Assembly: GCA_010909165.1 (NCBI GenBank)
Contig: VJWM01000103.1
Span: forward strand, 806,001 to 870,000
Direction: 5' to 3'
Source: Anthoceros angustus
Lineage: Eukaryota > Plantae > Anthocerotophyta
DNA length: 64,000 bases
Both the position numbers and the translations under genes were made by a program. Below, piece after piece: positions 1-20,484 of the stretch; positions within the stretch are counted from its first letter, which is position 1; each line of letters starts with the position of its first letter. The notes under the pieces were generated by a model that saw nothing but the letters and a program-made list of their open reading frames with translations, did not search any database and was not told the DNA's origin.

Positions 1-8133
<8,133 letters not shown>

Positions 8134-8343
8134 TATTTGCGCCGCCCAAGCGAGGCAAGAGTCACCTGACATGAAGCCTCTTTTTGGGAAAACAATGTTC
8201 CTAGCAGGTGAACAGCAATTTTGAAATGAGTTGTATAGTTGTGTTGTCTGCGGCTTAATATATGATTATTTCCCGCCGATGGCGTTTTCCTCAGGATGCC
8301 CTTGGATTACAGTTGCATGACATGACGACAGCCATCTTTACCA

Positions 8344-10667
8344 TCACTTCCAAAGTCTATGCAAACCTATTTGGTAATCAGATGAAATTGAAATGACTAA
8401 TGGTAGGGTATGATGCCATACTGCCTTGAAGACTCGCTTGGTATGGGCTTTAATGATCTTAGCAGGATCTGGGCGAATGTAGCGTATGTCAAATATATGA
8501 ATCTTTGGATCCGTAGAGCCTGTGACTGTGTAAAGGCCATCCGGAGACCACGACGATCTGATGAGCGCAGTCTGGCTCTCACCATTCTCCTGACACCAAC
8601 CATAATTATGGATATGTGACCCAGGAGTTCGGATGTCAAATAGTTTTATCTGGAGTCCTGGAGTTCTGCAGCACCGTAACAATTTGAAGCACTCAAACTA
8701 ACTGCAGAAAATAACTGAACAACAGACACGTTGTGACGAACAACTGACCCTGTTTGCGCCAGATATAGGTTGAAATCCACCGGATTGGGCACCACGCTGA
8801 TCACCTTAGTGTCCAGCTGTTGGCTCAAGGGTGCGTTTGCAGCCTGTAAGTCATACCCAAAGACACGTTTGTCTGCACCAGAAGAAAGAATCCACTCTTT
8901 GTGCCTCAAACCCGCAATGCCCATCACTGCCGAAGTGTGAAGAGTCCTGTGCAAAACCTTTGGTTGCCAGCCCTCAGCCTCCCCATCCCTTCTCTTCCAC
9001 AGAACTACCGCATGGTCACAACCTCCTGTTGCAAAATCTTGTCCATTACTCCAGGGCAGGTATCCTATGCCGTTGATGATGCCTTTCTCATGGGGTTTGT
9101 CTGGAAGAAAAACGGCTGTCCTCTGCAAACAAAAGCAGTCACATATCGCACAGGCACCAACTCTGAAACACAACACGCTGGTATAGTACTCATCGCTACC
9201 TCTTCCCTCCTAATGGGTATTAGCATGTAGGGCCACTAGGCAAGTCTAGAATGATTTAGTAGATCACGCTTACCCGCTCCGTATTTGCTATGATGGAAAC
9301 TTGCGAGTCCCCAGCGTCTGCACTATAACAGGCAATTAAACTCTCTCCCGACGGATGCCAATCCACATCCTCTGGCCACCTCCTCTGGCCAGGAGAAAGA
9401 CAGTCGACTGTGTGTTGCAGAGACAACGAATGCCTGGAAGTCGACCATTGAAATTAAGAGAGATCCACAACAAAATCTTTTCATGTAAAATCTACCGTGA
9501 TTGTTGATAGCTTCCGTTGCACAAGAATCAAGAGGGCTATTGACTATCTTACCCTTGGCCATCAATACGCCAGAAGCAAAGTTGGCCATCTAAAGCACTG
9601 CAAGTCCAGTAACCAGTCGAAACTTAGTCTAGTCATAGCATCACATAGCAGGCACCGACCACGCTTAGCAAAAACATGTGACAGAGAGCAAGTTGACGAG
9701 CACGTACGTAGTTGCACATTGGTTTTCAGCAACAGGGTTCACTTCCAGGCACCTAAGCTTCCGCTTTCGCTGGCTAGGAACATAAACTGGGGAATTGAAC
9801 CTATCGGACAGTGGCCTGTCACTTGTTTTGATGCAAGAGGCTAAGTTGACGTGCCCCTTGTGCAGCCCTTCTTCTAGAGATGTGCACTCAAGCCCTGAAA
9901 ATGGTAGCAACCTGAATATGGGTAAGCTGGCATGAATTTGGACTCCGTATACATGACTGGAGAAACTGTTTCCGGCCGTTCAAATGACTCAACGCGAATT
10001 ACCCGACAAGCTTGCCCGCCCCCAAGTCCTCTCCGGATCAACATCGGCGTGTCGGGACAATACACCTCCACCTGCTATACTATCCCTAAGACCAGAAAAA
10101 TTTCCCGTTCCCCGTTCCGAGCCACTAGTCGTTCGTGAAGATCCTCCAGGTATACTCGGAATAATACTCGGTGAAGGAACCTCGGACTGAGTATACGCCA
10201 TGAATCCCACGGGAAGACTATCCTGATGCCCTTGAAGCAAGTCCTTTGCGCCATCTTCTGGAATACTCAAGCTATCCGTTTCTTGAGCTTGCAGTTGCTT
10301 CAGCAGAGTGCTGGCCTCATGAGATTTCTTTCGAGCAGCAACCAGCTGCAAAGTCAAGGGTACAATTCAGCTGATTGCAAGCAAAGTAGAGCTCGAGAGA
10401 AAAAAGGACGGTCAGTTGCCAAAAAAAAATGGGAGACCATGCCTGCCTTCTCCAACAACACCGGCACAAAGCCTCATATGCTCATTTTACCTTCTCTCGC
10501 AGCCTGGCAATGTGTTCCAGCAGCTGATTCACGTCGCTTCGACGCTGCTCCACCAGCTGCACTAGGGGATGATCCTCCTCCTGAAACGAACGAGATGTCG
10601 ACAGCTTCTTTGTTACGAGGCTCTCACTCTCCTCCTCCGCGACCCTGGACCGCTTCGGAGAGTTCAT
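8344..10667 (-). CDS. WD40-repeat protein with N-terminal coiled coil (resembles the Arabidopsis At5g50970-type family, from memory), multi-exon
   Basis: Last exon IKLFDIR...SSWSPDGLYTVTGSTDPKIHIFDIRY...AHTKRVFKAVWHHTLPLVISISSD; internal exon WSNGQDFATGGCDHAVVLWK; first exon MNSPKRSR...LVQLVEQRRSDVNQL with ATG at 10667. Internal exon boundaries not fully traced. Confidence 0.85.
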
Positions 10668-12367
10668 AATGAGCTCTCTTACCGCAGCAAGACAGGAACC
10701 CCACAAGCCTTCTCAGTGGAGTCCTCGGACATCGTTCCTGGGTGTAAAGGTTCCAGCTGCATGACTGCTGGGAACACTGTCTAATGGAGCTCGTCACGGC
10801 ATTGCGTAAAGATGCCCTTGAATGCCCAGCACTAACTCCGAGACACCCAACCTTGAAGGTAGTTTCTGTGCGCTGGTGCGCTAAACTTATAGGCCTCGAC
10901 CGTCCAGATTACACTTTTATTTGGCGATGTTTCATCTACTCAACTAAACTCACCTTAGCTCAACCCCAGATGGAACCTATTCCTTTTGAGTCTTTGGATG
11001 TATAAACTTATCCTTACTACTTTGAATTTATTTTTCTTGGCACATTTTAGTGTAATGGAGTTTATCCCTTATCCTGCTTTATAATATTATATAATTCTAT
11101 AAAAAGAGGATGTCTTTTATGATTTTCCAAAACGCATCGAAGATAAAGATGCCACGGAATCTTTGGTCTCTTAGAACTCTTAGGCACTATGAACTGATGT
11201 GAATTTTGTTCAGTCATCAATTCATCGAACCGTATGCCAAGTGGACAATTTAGTTTCGATTTAAATAGTCCAGTTTGAAAATCCACTTGAACTGGCGAGC
11301 AACATGTGATCAGCAAACTATGGCTTCTCAAACAAGCCCTAAAAAATTGAACTTACCATACATTACAAAATGTAAAACGGACGTAAGTGAGAGGTAAAAA
11401 AAATGTACAACGCATATTTTTTTCATCTCATTTCCTCGGAACTCTGGGCAATTTATGGTGGTGGCTTCTCGATTCAGTGTGGGTCCGGACTGGGAGAAAC
11501 CAAACTGATTCAATCAAATACAGCTTATCTAATTGATACAGCCAATCATTACTTGCTATGTCAGCGCATTGTTATGACTTGGCCTGGAACTGGACCGAAC
11601 TCGCCGAACTATGCTCTCGAACTTGCAGTACATAAGGGTCATGAGGACCCCTAAGGACTGGCAGTTCGCCCAAATTGGTACTCGTTCAGTTTCATAGTTC
11701 AGTTACACGAACCGTGTGCCCAACTAGACTGTTCAATTTCGATATTGAATTGAACTGTAAAACGAACCGTAGATAACGAACCATGATCCCACGGACAGGT
11801 CATCGAACTGAACTAGATAGAAATTACCCCAAACCACGGTCTTCATCTTTTTTGCATGTATTCTATTGTATGGAAGGCCAAATCTCATCTCTTTTTTGTT
11901 TGCTAGTAGGGTTTTGTGCCCAACATCTCGACAAGTAAGCAAATTGTCAATTTGTTTGAACACATTGGTGCTAAAGATGGAGAGGCTCATACCTTCAAGA
12001 CCGATGGAACCATAAACTAAATTGTTGATATGTTGTTTTGCAAACTTGTGAAGTCATCTTGCTAATATGTATTTATAAGCTTTTTGGCTATCGATCTAGA
12101 GGCCATTTGGCTATGTTGGGCTAGGATTTGAAAGGAGGAAGATATTGAATGGTGATGACGGTGATGAGGTTCTAGGTTTAGGCAAGAATCTCTTCACATG
12201 TGTGAATTAGTTGCACAACATGGTGGTAGCAAAGTATATATCCCTTCATCGAGATTCGTTGGTGGGTAAAAGAAAGAAGCAACGCATGGTTTTGCGCTTT
12301 TGATGAGCAAGTATGCAGTCGGATGCTTCAAGATAGAAGATATTGATGAGGATGATTCCTACTACTA

Positions 12368-12695
12368 CCTCAAGGGTGGTTCAACAGGTAATGGCGAAAT
12401 AATTACTTTTTGAAAAATGAGGTCCAACATAAATATTTATGTTTTCAAAATTTTGACATTAATGAATTTTTTTTATCAAATTTCAACATTTAGTAGAATA
12501 CATATGTATCATATAGAACTAATAAATATATCTAGACCTCCTTAAACAGCCCTAATTTTCCACACAAACCCTAGTTTCCTTGTTTGGCATCTTAAACTCG
12601 TAAATTCTTACACATTGGGTATTTAAAGTATAATAATTTCTGGACTTTTTACTTTTTACTAATTTTAATTAATTAATGCTGAATCACACTTGGTG
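12368..12695. mobile_element. MITE copy in array unit 1 (TA-flanked, Tc1/mariner-type; right TIR decayed)
   Basis: Begins TA|CCTCAAGGGTGGTTCAAC and ends GCTGAATCACACTTGGTG; homologous to 23586-23919 and 43501-43836. Confidence 0.7.
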
Positions 12696-13940
12696 TGGTA
12701 GGTTCTTTCATGTGGTTGAGCGATTGCGGCCATTCGAGATTACTGGAATAGGAGATAGCTTTGAGCCTTGGTTTCTAGGGTTCAAGGAGCTCAGAGCCCG
12801 CACGAACCACCCACACCGTGAGGCCCACCATGAGCTCGCCCACCATTAACGTATGAGCGAAATTTTTACAAGATGAAGCGGGCTGGTGTTCAAAATGTAG
12901 CATACACTATAAAATTCGTATTTTAACCTCATAGTTCGCCGAACCGATTCAAACCAACGAAACTCTAATCATTACTTATCGGTGAGTCATCGCCACGTTG
13001 AGTCTGTCTAGGTATTGGTTCGATTCAATTATGTGCTAGCGTAGGTTAGATCACGAATTGAGCGAGTGAATGGCCTTTGCAAAGCCAATCCGTAGGGGTC
13101 TTAAGTAGTTACAACATGATAACGACCAAGACAAAGTGTTTTAATGTGGAAATGGGAGCCTTGCGGCGTCCTAAAAGGTCCACATTTCAACCCATGGATG
13201 GGCAATTTGGTGTGCTACATGTACATAGGCGGTTGGACCATTTTATTTTTGATTTTTAGATGCAAATTATATTCTTCAACACGTCAAGAAATTTTCCAGA
13301 CCTAGGTATTGCCATGCACTCGTAATTTTCATAATAATATGAAGAAAAATATTGCCACGCAAACTTGTACACTTATTATTCTATTTGTTAATTATCCAAT
13401 CGGTTCATCCATGTGGGTCTTGCATACCTCTTTGTTTGGATTTAGCGGGTCGAAATTAGGCATTTTCAAGGTTGCTTTATTATCATTATCAAAGGGTGAT
13501 CTCGTGCGGATCATCTTGTAGTTATCAAAACCATGATTTCTTTGAACCAATTCAATTCTATTTGTCAAAGTTGACCCTATGTAGTTGGACGGGCGGTTTG
13601 ATTTCCTATTTGTCTAACTACGATTTATCTTGGTTTGCACAAGGCTAGGTACCCTAATGTTGTCTATATGTTTTATTCATGTGAGGGAAGAGACCCAAAT
13701 CATGTTTACAACTAGGTCATAGAAATCTAGGCGTTCATAGTTGGTAACCAACCTTGGTCAACTTCAAAGAAAAATATTACCCACTTCTACAAGCCATTTT
13801 GGAGTGAATGATGCATATATTTGTATAATGTGCTTGCACTTGTTATTTATTAAATTTATGATACATTTACCAATCAATTTAAAAAGTCAATTTGACTTTT
13901 TAAAATTATATTGATCTTGAGCGATAATGTATCTTCATTT

Positions 13941-14175
13941 GGGAAAAATTGGACATCCTTGAGCGACAATGTGTCAACTAAATTAGGTCAAGGAAGAATT
14001 GGACATCCTTAAACAACAATGTCTATTTAGGTCAAGGAAGAATTGAGCATCCTTGGACCATGATATATCTATATTAGGTCGAGAAAGAATTGGCCGTCCT
14101 TGGACCATGGTGTATTTAGCTAAATTAGGTCAAAGAAGAATATGTCATGATTCCTTGGACCATGGTATATATATC
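13941..14175. repeat. ~40-45 bp degenerate minisatellite (about 5 copies) upstream of the Ubl TATA box; present in all five units
   Basis: Repeated core TTAGGTCAAGGAAGAATTG(G/A)(A/G)CATCCTT; also at about 19980, 25297, 30465 and 35652. Confidence 0.85.
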
Positions 14176-14277
14176 TTCATGTTTGGGTCCTATATATAGA
14201 AGGTGAACACTAGCCTTTATCAATTCATTGTTTCATTAGCTTGTTATCATATTACTTAAAAAGGTAATAGGCTCCTC

Positions 14278-14405
14278 TATATAAAAGGTGAGCACAGCTT
14301 GTATTAGTTGAAGTAAGTTGTCATACTCCTTCCAGTTGAAAAGCGATAAATTTTGAATTTGATAATATTGCTTTATTAGGTTAAATCTTGTTGAATTACT
14401 TCTAG
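14278..14405 (+). promoter_or_regulatory. TATA box plus putative 5'-UTR intron of the Ubl gene (unit 1; same in all units)
   Basis: TATATAAAAGG at 14278 (also 20317, 25634, 30802, 35989); donor GAA|GTAAGT at 14313; acceptor TTACTTCTAG| at 14405, about 40 bp before the start codon position. Confidence 0.6.
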
Positions 14406-14443
14406 AGTGTGAGCTGAAAACAATAGTTGAAGCACAGTAGCAA

Positions 14444-14717
14444 AATCACGAGATCATCGTGAGGTTTTCAAACATGAAATTCCTTTCGAGGTGGAGGTAA
14501 CAAGCCCACTTATTATATGAAGATAAAGCTCCAAAAGCACCACGAAGTTCTCCACAACTTTCCTCCTCACAAGCAAAGAGTGTTTCTGATGGAAAAGAAT
14601 TACAAGATCAAGTTGCTCTTGTTGACTATTGCATCCAAGAGAACTCTCATCATATTGACCGTTCAAAGTGACCCCATGTGTCGTTCAAGAAGGTGGATAT
14701 GGATTTTCAAAGCATAA
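14444..14717 (+). pseudogene. Ubiquitin-like domain ORF, unit 1 (start codon and frame disrupted as assembled)
   Basis: Homologous to the other four copies. AAAATCACGAGATC replaces AAAATGC(A/G)GATC, and there are several 1-bp indels that may be consensus errors. Confidence 0.65.
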
Positions 14718-15144
14718 GCTTAGAACATGAAATGTTGGAACAATCGTCAAGAAGAAGAGTAGAATTAGATAGCTAGTTTGCGATTCGGGTTGGACCTCAA
14801 TTGAGCCAACCTATCATAGCTCAATACATTGAAATAGTATAGTGAAATGTAGTAGTAATACATTGACGTGTTATAAAGCACACATGTCCTACATAAGTGT
14901 ATTATTACGGTCATGTCTTGCAACAAAATATTCAACCAAAAGTGCTACGGACTCATATCTTGCACTAATCGATAGTCATAAATTAAAAATCACATGTTAG
15001 TTATAAGAAAATAAATCTAAATTAAATGATTGATTGTCCAATAAATGAAAGATAAAATACAAACTATTAAAAAGGGAATGTAAATGTACATAATATTAAA
15101 AATTACCTTCGCTCATACTAATGTCTTGACCCCATGTTAAAGTA

Positions 15145-15352
15145 GGGCCCCTTGCCCGAGGTACGTGCATCGAGCCCTCTTGCCCCTAGGTGTGCGCACA
15201 TCGTCTTCTTGCCCCTAGGTGCGTGGACCGGGACTTCTTGCCCCTAGGTGCGCACATCGTCTTCTTGCCCCTAGGTGTGCGCAGTGCGCGCACTAGTTGT
15301 CCGTGCACTGGCTTTCTTGCCCCTAGTGCGCACATCGTCTTCTTGCCCCTGG
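15145..15352. repeat. GC-rich variable minisatellite built on CTTGCCCCTAGGTG(T)GCGCAC; in units 1-4, deleted in unit 5
   Basis: Motif repeated with variable order and number at about 15145-15352, 21187-21425, 26508-26720 and 31676-31900. Confidence 0.85.
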
Positions 15353-17527
15353 GTTCTCAAACATGTCTCATGGATCTTCTTGCTCATTTTGCGCAAACAA
15401 ACTTGCACACTTTCACGTTGGGAGCGCAAACTTGTTTGCGCACTCATCTCATTCCATTCGTTTTCCAACAAACGCTTGTTTGGGATTGAATGGCGGACAT
15501 GCAGAATAGCGTGTAACTAACGCTCGCTTATTTTCACCCCTTCAAAATCGCGGTGCCTACCCATGAATGCGGTACATTGTGACCAAATGAACATGCGGTT
15601 GTGGCGTCGTGGATTTGAACACCACATTAAATTAGCAAACACCCTCAAAAAGCGAATGCGCCCAAAAGAAGGCGGATTTTAGCCATAACCCTTTTTCAGA
15701 CTGTAATTGGAAAATCAAACTCTAATGAGACGTATGTGAAAATATTGTAGCAAAAATTTTCAAGTTTAACCATTGGGCGAGCAAAAATTCAAAACATTAA
15801 GAAAAAATCTAATTTTTTGAGGCAAGAGCAAGCACTTGCATGAAGATTTTGGCATTTTTACGCTTTTTCACATTCCTTTTGATTTTTTTGTTGAATTAAA
15901 GGTTCCTTTTGGCGTTTTCAACCCTTTTGTGCACCTCCGAATGGATATGTCCTCATCTTGACTTATAGGGCCCTCATCTTTTTAGTCATCAAAATTTTGA
16001 ACTAGTCATGAGAACCTTTTGCATCTTGAGACATTTGGCGTGGGCCCAGCTCAAGTGTAGCCCATTCCAATCTCATTCTCGTGTCGCAGATCAAGGCATT
16101 AGGTCAACGAAGATATTATCATCCCAAAGTCCGAGAAACAAACTCATGTAGAATTCCCAAAGGAAAGTATAATCTCGGCATTGGTGGTATGAGTGAAAGG
16201 TTGGTGTGAAAACAAGACGCACCGAGAATCACGAAGAGCCCTAAAAACTCTAAAACTTGAGGATGCCTTCTATGATCTTCCAAAACGCATCCAAGATAAA
16301 GATGCCACGGAATCTTTGGTCTCTTAGAACTCTTAGGCATTGTGGTGATGTGAATTTTGTTCGGTCATCAATTCATCGAACCGTATGCCAAGTGGACAAT
16401 TTAGTTCGATTTGAATAATGCAGTTTGAAAATCCACTTGGTGGCGAGCAACATGTGATCAGCAAACTATGGCTTCTCGAGCAAGCCCAAAAATATTGAAC
16501 TCACCAAATCTTATGAAAAGTAAAGCGGACATAAGTGATAGGTAAAAAAATGTCCAACGCATATTTTTCATCTCATTTCCTCGGAACTCTAGGCAATTTA
16601 TGGTGGTGGATTCTCGATTCAATGTGCGTCCGGACTGGGAGAAACCAAACTGATTCAATCAAATACAGCCAATCTAATTGATACAACCAATCATTACTTG
16701 CTACGTCAGTGCATTGTTATGACTTGGCCTGGAACTGGACCGAACTCGCCAAACTGCGCTCTCGAACCGGCAGTACATAAGGGTCCTAAGGACCCCTACG
16801 GACTGGCAGTTCGTCCGAACTGGTACTCGTTTAGTTTCATAGTTCAGTTACACGAACCGTGTGCCAACTAGACTGTTCAATTTCGATATTGAATTGAGCG
16901 TAAAGCGAACCGTAGATAACTAACCATGATCCACGGACGGTGATCGAATCGAACGGATAGAAATTACCCCAAATCACTCATTTGAGACCCGACTACGGTC
17001 TTCATCTTTTTGCATGTATTCCATTGTATGGAAGGCCAAATCTCATCTCTTTTTGTTTGCTAGTAGGGTTTCGTGCCCAACATCTCGACAAGTAAGCAAA
17101 TTGTCAATTTGTTTGAACACATTGGTGCTAAAGATGGAGAGGCTCATACCTTCAAGGCGATGGAACCATAAACTAAATTGTTGATATGTTGTTTTGCAAA
17201 CTTGTGAAGTCATCTTGCTAATATGTATTTATAAGCTTTTTTGGCTATCGGATCTAGAGGCCATTTGGCTATGTTGGGCTAGGATTTGAAAGGAGGAAGA
17301 TATTGAATGGTGATAGCGGTGATGAGGTTCTAGGTTTAGGCAAGAATCTCTTCACATGTGTGAATTAGTTGCACAACATGGTGGTAGCAAGTATATATCC
17401 CTTCATCGAGATTCGAGGTTGGTGGGTAAAAGAAAGAAGCAACGCATGGTTTTGCGCTTTTGATGAGCAAGTATGCAGTCGGATGCTTCAAGATAGAAGA
17501 TATTGATGAGGATGATTCCTACTACTA

Positions 17528-17853
17528 CCTCAAGGGTGGTTCAACAGGTAATGGCGAAATAATTACTTTTTGAAAAATGAGGTCCAACATAAATATTTAT
17601 GTTTTCAAAATTTTGACATTAATGAATTTTTTTTATCAAATTTCAACATTTAGTAGAATACATATGTATCTATAGAACTAATAAATATATCTAGACCTCC
17701 CTTAAACAGCCCTAATTTTCCACACAAACCCTAGTTTCCTTGTTTGGCATCTTAAACTCGTAAATTCTTACACATTGGGTATTTAAAGTATAATAATTTC
17801 TGGACTTTTACTTTTACTAATTTTAATTAATTAATGCTGAATCACACTTGGTG
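17528..17853. mobile_element. MITE copy in array unit 2
   Basis: Same termini and body as the unit 1 copy. Confidence 0.7.
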
Positions 17854-18020
17854 TGGTAGGTTCTTTCATGTGGTTGAGCAGTTGCGGCCATTCGAGACGC
17901 GCTGCCATAGGAGATAGCTTTGAGCCTTGGTTTCTAGGGTTCAAGGAGCTCATGAGCCGCAGAACCACCCACACCGTGAGGCCTCCCACCCTGAGCTCGC
18001 CCACCACTGACGTATGAACG

Positions 18021-19338
18021 AGAAATTTTTATAAGATGAAGCGGGCTGGTGTTCAAAATGTAACGTATATACTGTAAAATTACGTATTTTAACCTCATAG
18101 TTCGCCGAACCGATTCAAACCGAACGAAACTCTAATCATTACTTGCTTATGTCAGCGGAGTCATCGCCACGTTGAGTCCTGTCTAGGTATTGGTTCGATT
18201 CAATTATGTGCTAGCGTAGGTTAGATCGAATTGAGTGAATGGCCTTTGCAAAGCCAATCCGTAGGGGTCTTAAGTAGTTACAACATGATATGACCAAGAC
18301 AAAGTGTTTTAATGTGGAAATGGGAGCCTTGCGGCGTCCTAAAAGGTCCACATTTCAACCCATGGATGGGCAATTTTGGTGTGCTACATGTACATAGGCG
18401 GTTGGACCATTTTATTTTTGATTTTAGATGCAAATTATATTCTTCAACACGTCAAGAAATTTTTACAAGATGAAGCGGGCTGGTGTTCAAAATGTAACGT
18501 ATACACTATAAAATTACGTATTTTAACCTCATAGTTCGCCAACCGATTCAAACCGAACGAAACTCTAATCATTACTTGCTTATGTCGTGAGTCATCGCCA
18601 CGTTGAGTCTGTCTAGGTATTGGTTCGATTCAATTATGTGCTAGCGTAGGTTAGATCTGAATTGAACGAGTGAATGGCCTTTGCAACCGCCAATCCGTAG
18701 GGGTCTTAAGTAGTTACAACATGATAACGACCAAGACAAAGTGTTTTAATGTGGAAATGGGAGCCTTGCGGCGTCCTAAAAGGTCCACATTTCAACCCAT
18801 GGATGGGCAATTTTGGTGTGCTACATGTACATAGGCGGTTGGACCATTTTATTTTTGATTTTAGATGCAAATTATATTCTTCAACACGTCAAGAAATTTT
18901 TACAAGATGAAGCGGGCTGGTGTTCAAAATGTAACGTATACACTATAAAATTACGTATTTTAACCTCATAGTTCGCCGAACCGATTCAAACCGAACGAAA
19001 CTCTAATCATTACTTGCTTATGTCGTGAGTCATCGCCACGTTGAGTCTGTCTAGGTATTGGTTCGATTCAATTATGTGCTAGCGTAGGTTAGATCCGAAT
19101 TGAGCGAGTGAATGGCCTTTGCAACCGCCAATCCGTAGGGGTCTTAAGTAGTTACAACATGATAACGACCAAGACAAAGTGTTTTAATGTGGAAATGGGA
19201 GCCTTGCGGCGTCCTAAAAGGTCCACATTTCAACCCATGGATGGGCAATTTTGGTGTGCTACATGTACATAGGCGGTTGGACCATTTTATTTTTGATTTT
19301 AGATGCAAATTATATTCTTCAACACGTCAAGAAATTTT
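18021..19338. repeat. Internal triplication (3 x ~436 bp) within array unit 2
   Basis: AGAAATTTT junction motif at 18021, 18455, 18892 and 19330; the intervening sequences are near-identical. Confidence 0.92.
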
Positions 19339-20484
19339 CCGGACCTAGGTATTGCCATGCACTCGTAATTTTCATAATAATATGAAGAAAAATATTGCCC
19401 GCAAACTTGTACACTTATTATTCTATTCGTTAATTATCCAAAATCGGTTCATCCATGTGTCTGCATACCTCTTTGTTTGGATTTAGCGGTCGAAATTAGG
19501 CATTTTCAAGGTTGCTTTATTATCATTATCAAAGGGTGATCTCGCAGATCATCTTGTAGTTATCAAAACCATGATTTCTTTGAACCAATTCAATTCTATT
19601 TGTCAAAGTTGACCCTATGTAGTTGGACGGGCGGTTTGATTTCCTATTTGTCTAACTACGATTTATCTTGGTTTGCACAAGGCTAGGTACCCTAATGTTG
19701 TCTATATGTTTTATTCATGTGAGGGAAGAGACCCAAATCATGTTTACAACTAGGTCATAGAAATCTAGGCGTTCATAGTTGGTAACCAACCTTGGTCAAC
19801 TTCAAAGAAAAATATTACCCACTTCTACAAGCCATTTTGGAGTGAATGATGCATATATTTGTATAATGTGCTTGCACTTGTTATTTGTTAAATTTATGAT
19901 ACATTTACCAATCAATTTAAAAAGTCAATTTGACTTTTTAAAATTACATATTGATCTTGAGCGATAATGTATCTTCATTTGGGAAAAATTGGACATCCTT
20001 GAGCGACAATGTGTCAACTAAATTAGGTCAAGGAAGAATTGGACATCCTTAAACAACAATGTCTATTTAGGTCAAGGAAGAATTGAGCATCCTTGGACCA
20101 TGATATATCTATATTAGGTCGAGAAAGAATTGACCGTCCTTGGACCATGGTGTATTTAGCTAAATTAGGTCAAAGAAGAATATGTCATGATTCCTTGGAC
20201 CATGGTATATATATCTTCATGTTTGGGTCCTATATATAGAAGGTGAACACTAGCCTTTATCAATTCATTGTTTCATTAGCTTGTTATCATATTACTTAAA
20301 AGGTAATAGGCTCCTCTATATAAAAGGTGAGCACAGGCTTGTATTAGTTGAAGTAAGTTGTCATACTCCTTCCTTGATTGAAAAGCGATAAATTTTGAAT
20401 TTGATAATATTGCTTTATTAGGTTAAATCGTTGAATTACTTCTAGAGTGTGAGCTGAAAACAATAGTTGAAAAGCAGTAGCAAA

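Noticed and set aside
12540-12580. Telomere-like CCCTAA/AAACCCTAG motifs in the array
   Set aside because: Isolated single motifs inside the MITE, not an interstitial telomeric tract.
11580-12965. hAT-like element suggested by clustered GAACCG/CGAAC motifs
   Set aside because: Only a short inverted match (CGAACTATG/CATAGTTCG); no convincing TIR pair or 8-bp TSD.
13010-13032. Pol III B-box-like GGTTCGATTC in each unit (tRNA or SINE?)
   Set aside because: No A-box at the right spacing and no cloverleaf; no 5S, tRNA or snRNA sequence recognised in the unit.
13941-14175. CRISPR-like appearance of ~45-bp periodic repeats
   Set aside because: Eukaryotic context, degenerate repeats without unique spacers, no cas genes; it is a minisatellite.
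11106-16258. Array unit as a solo LTR or a Helitron
   Set aside because: Junction lacks TG...CA inverted ends, PBS and PPT, and lacks a 5' TC plus 3' hairpin-CTRR at the unit boundary. Not supported, though a non-canonical rolling-circle origin is not excluded.
19779-19967. 62-aa ORF MVTNLGQLQRK... repeated identically in units 2-5
   Set aside because: Non-ATG start, AT-rich, no motif; its conservation is explained by the recent unit duplication.
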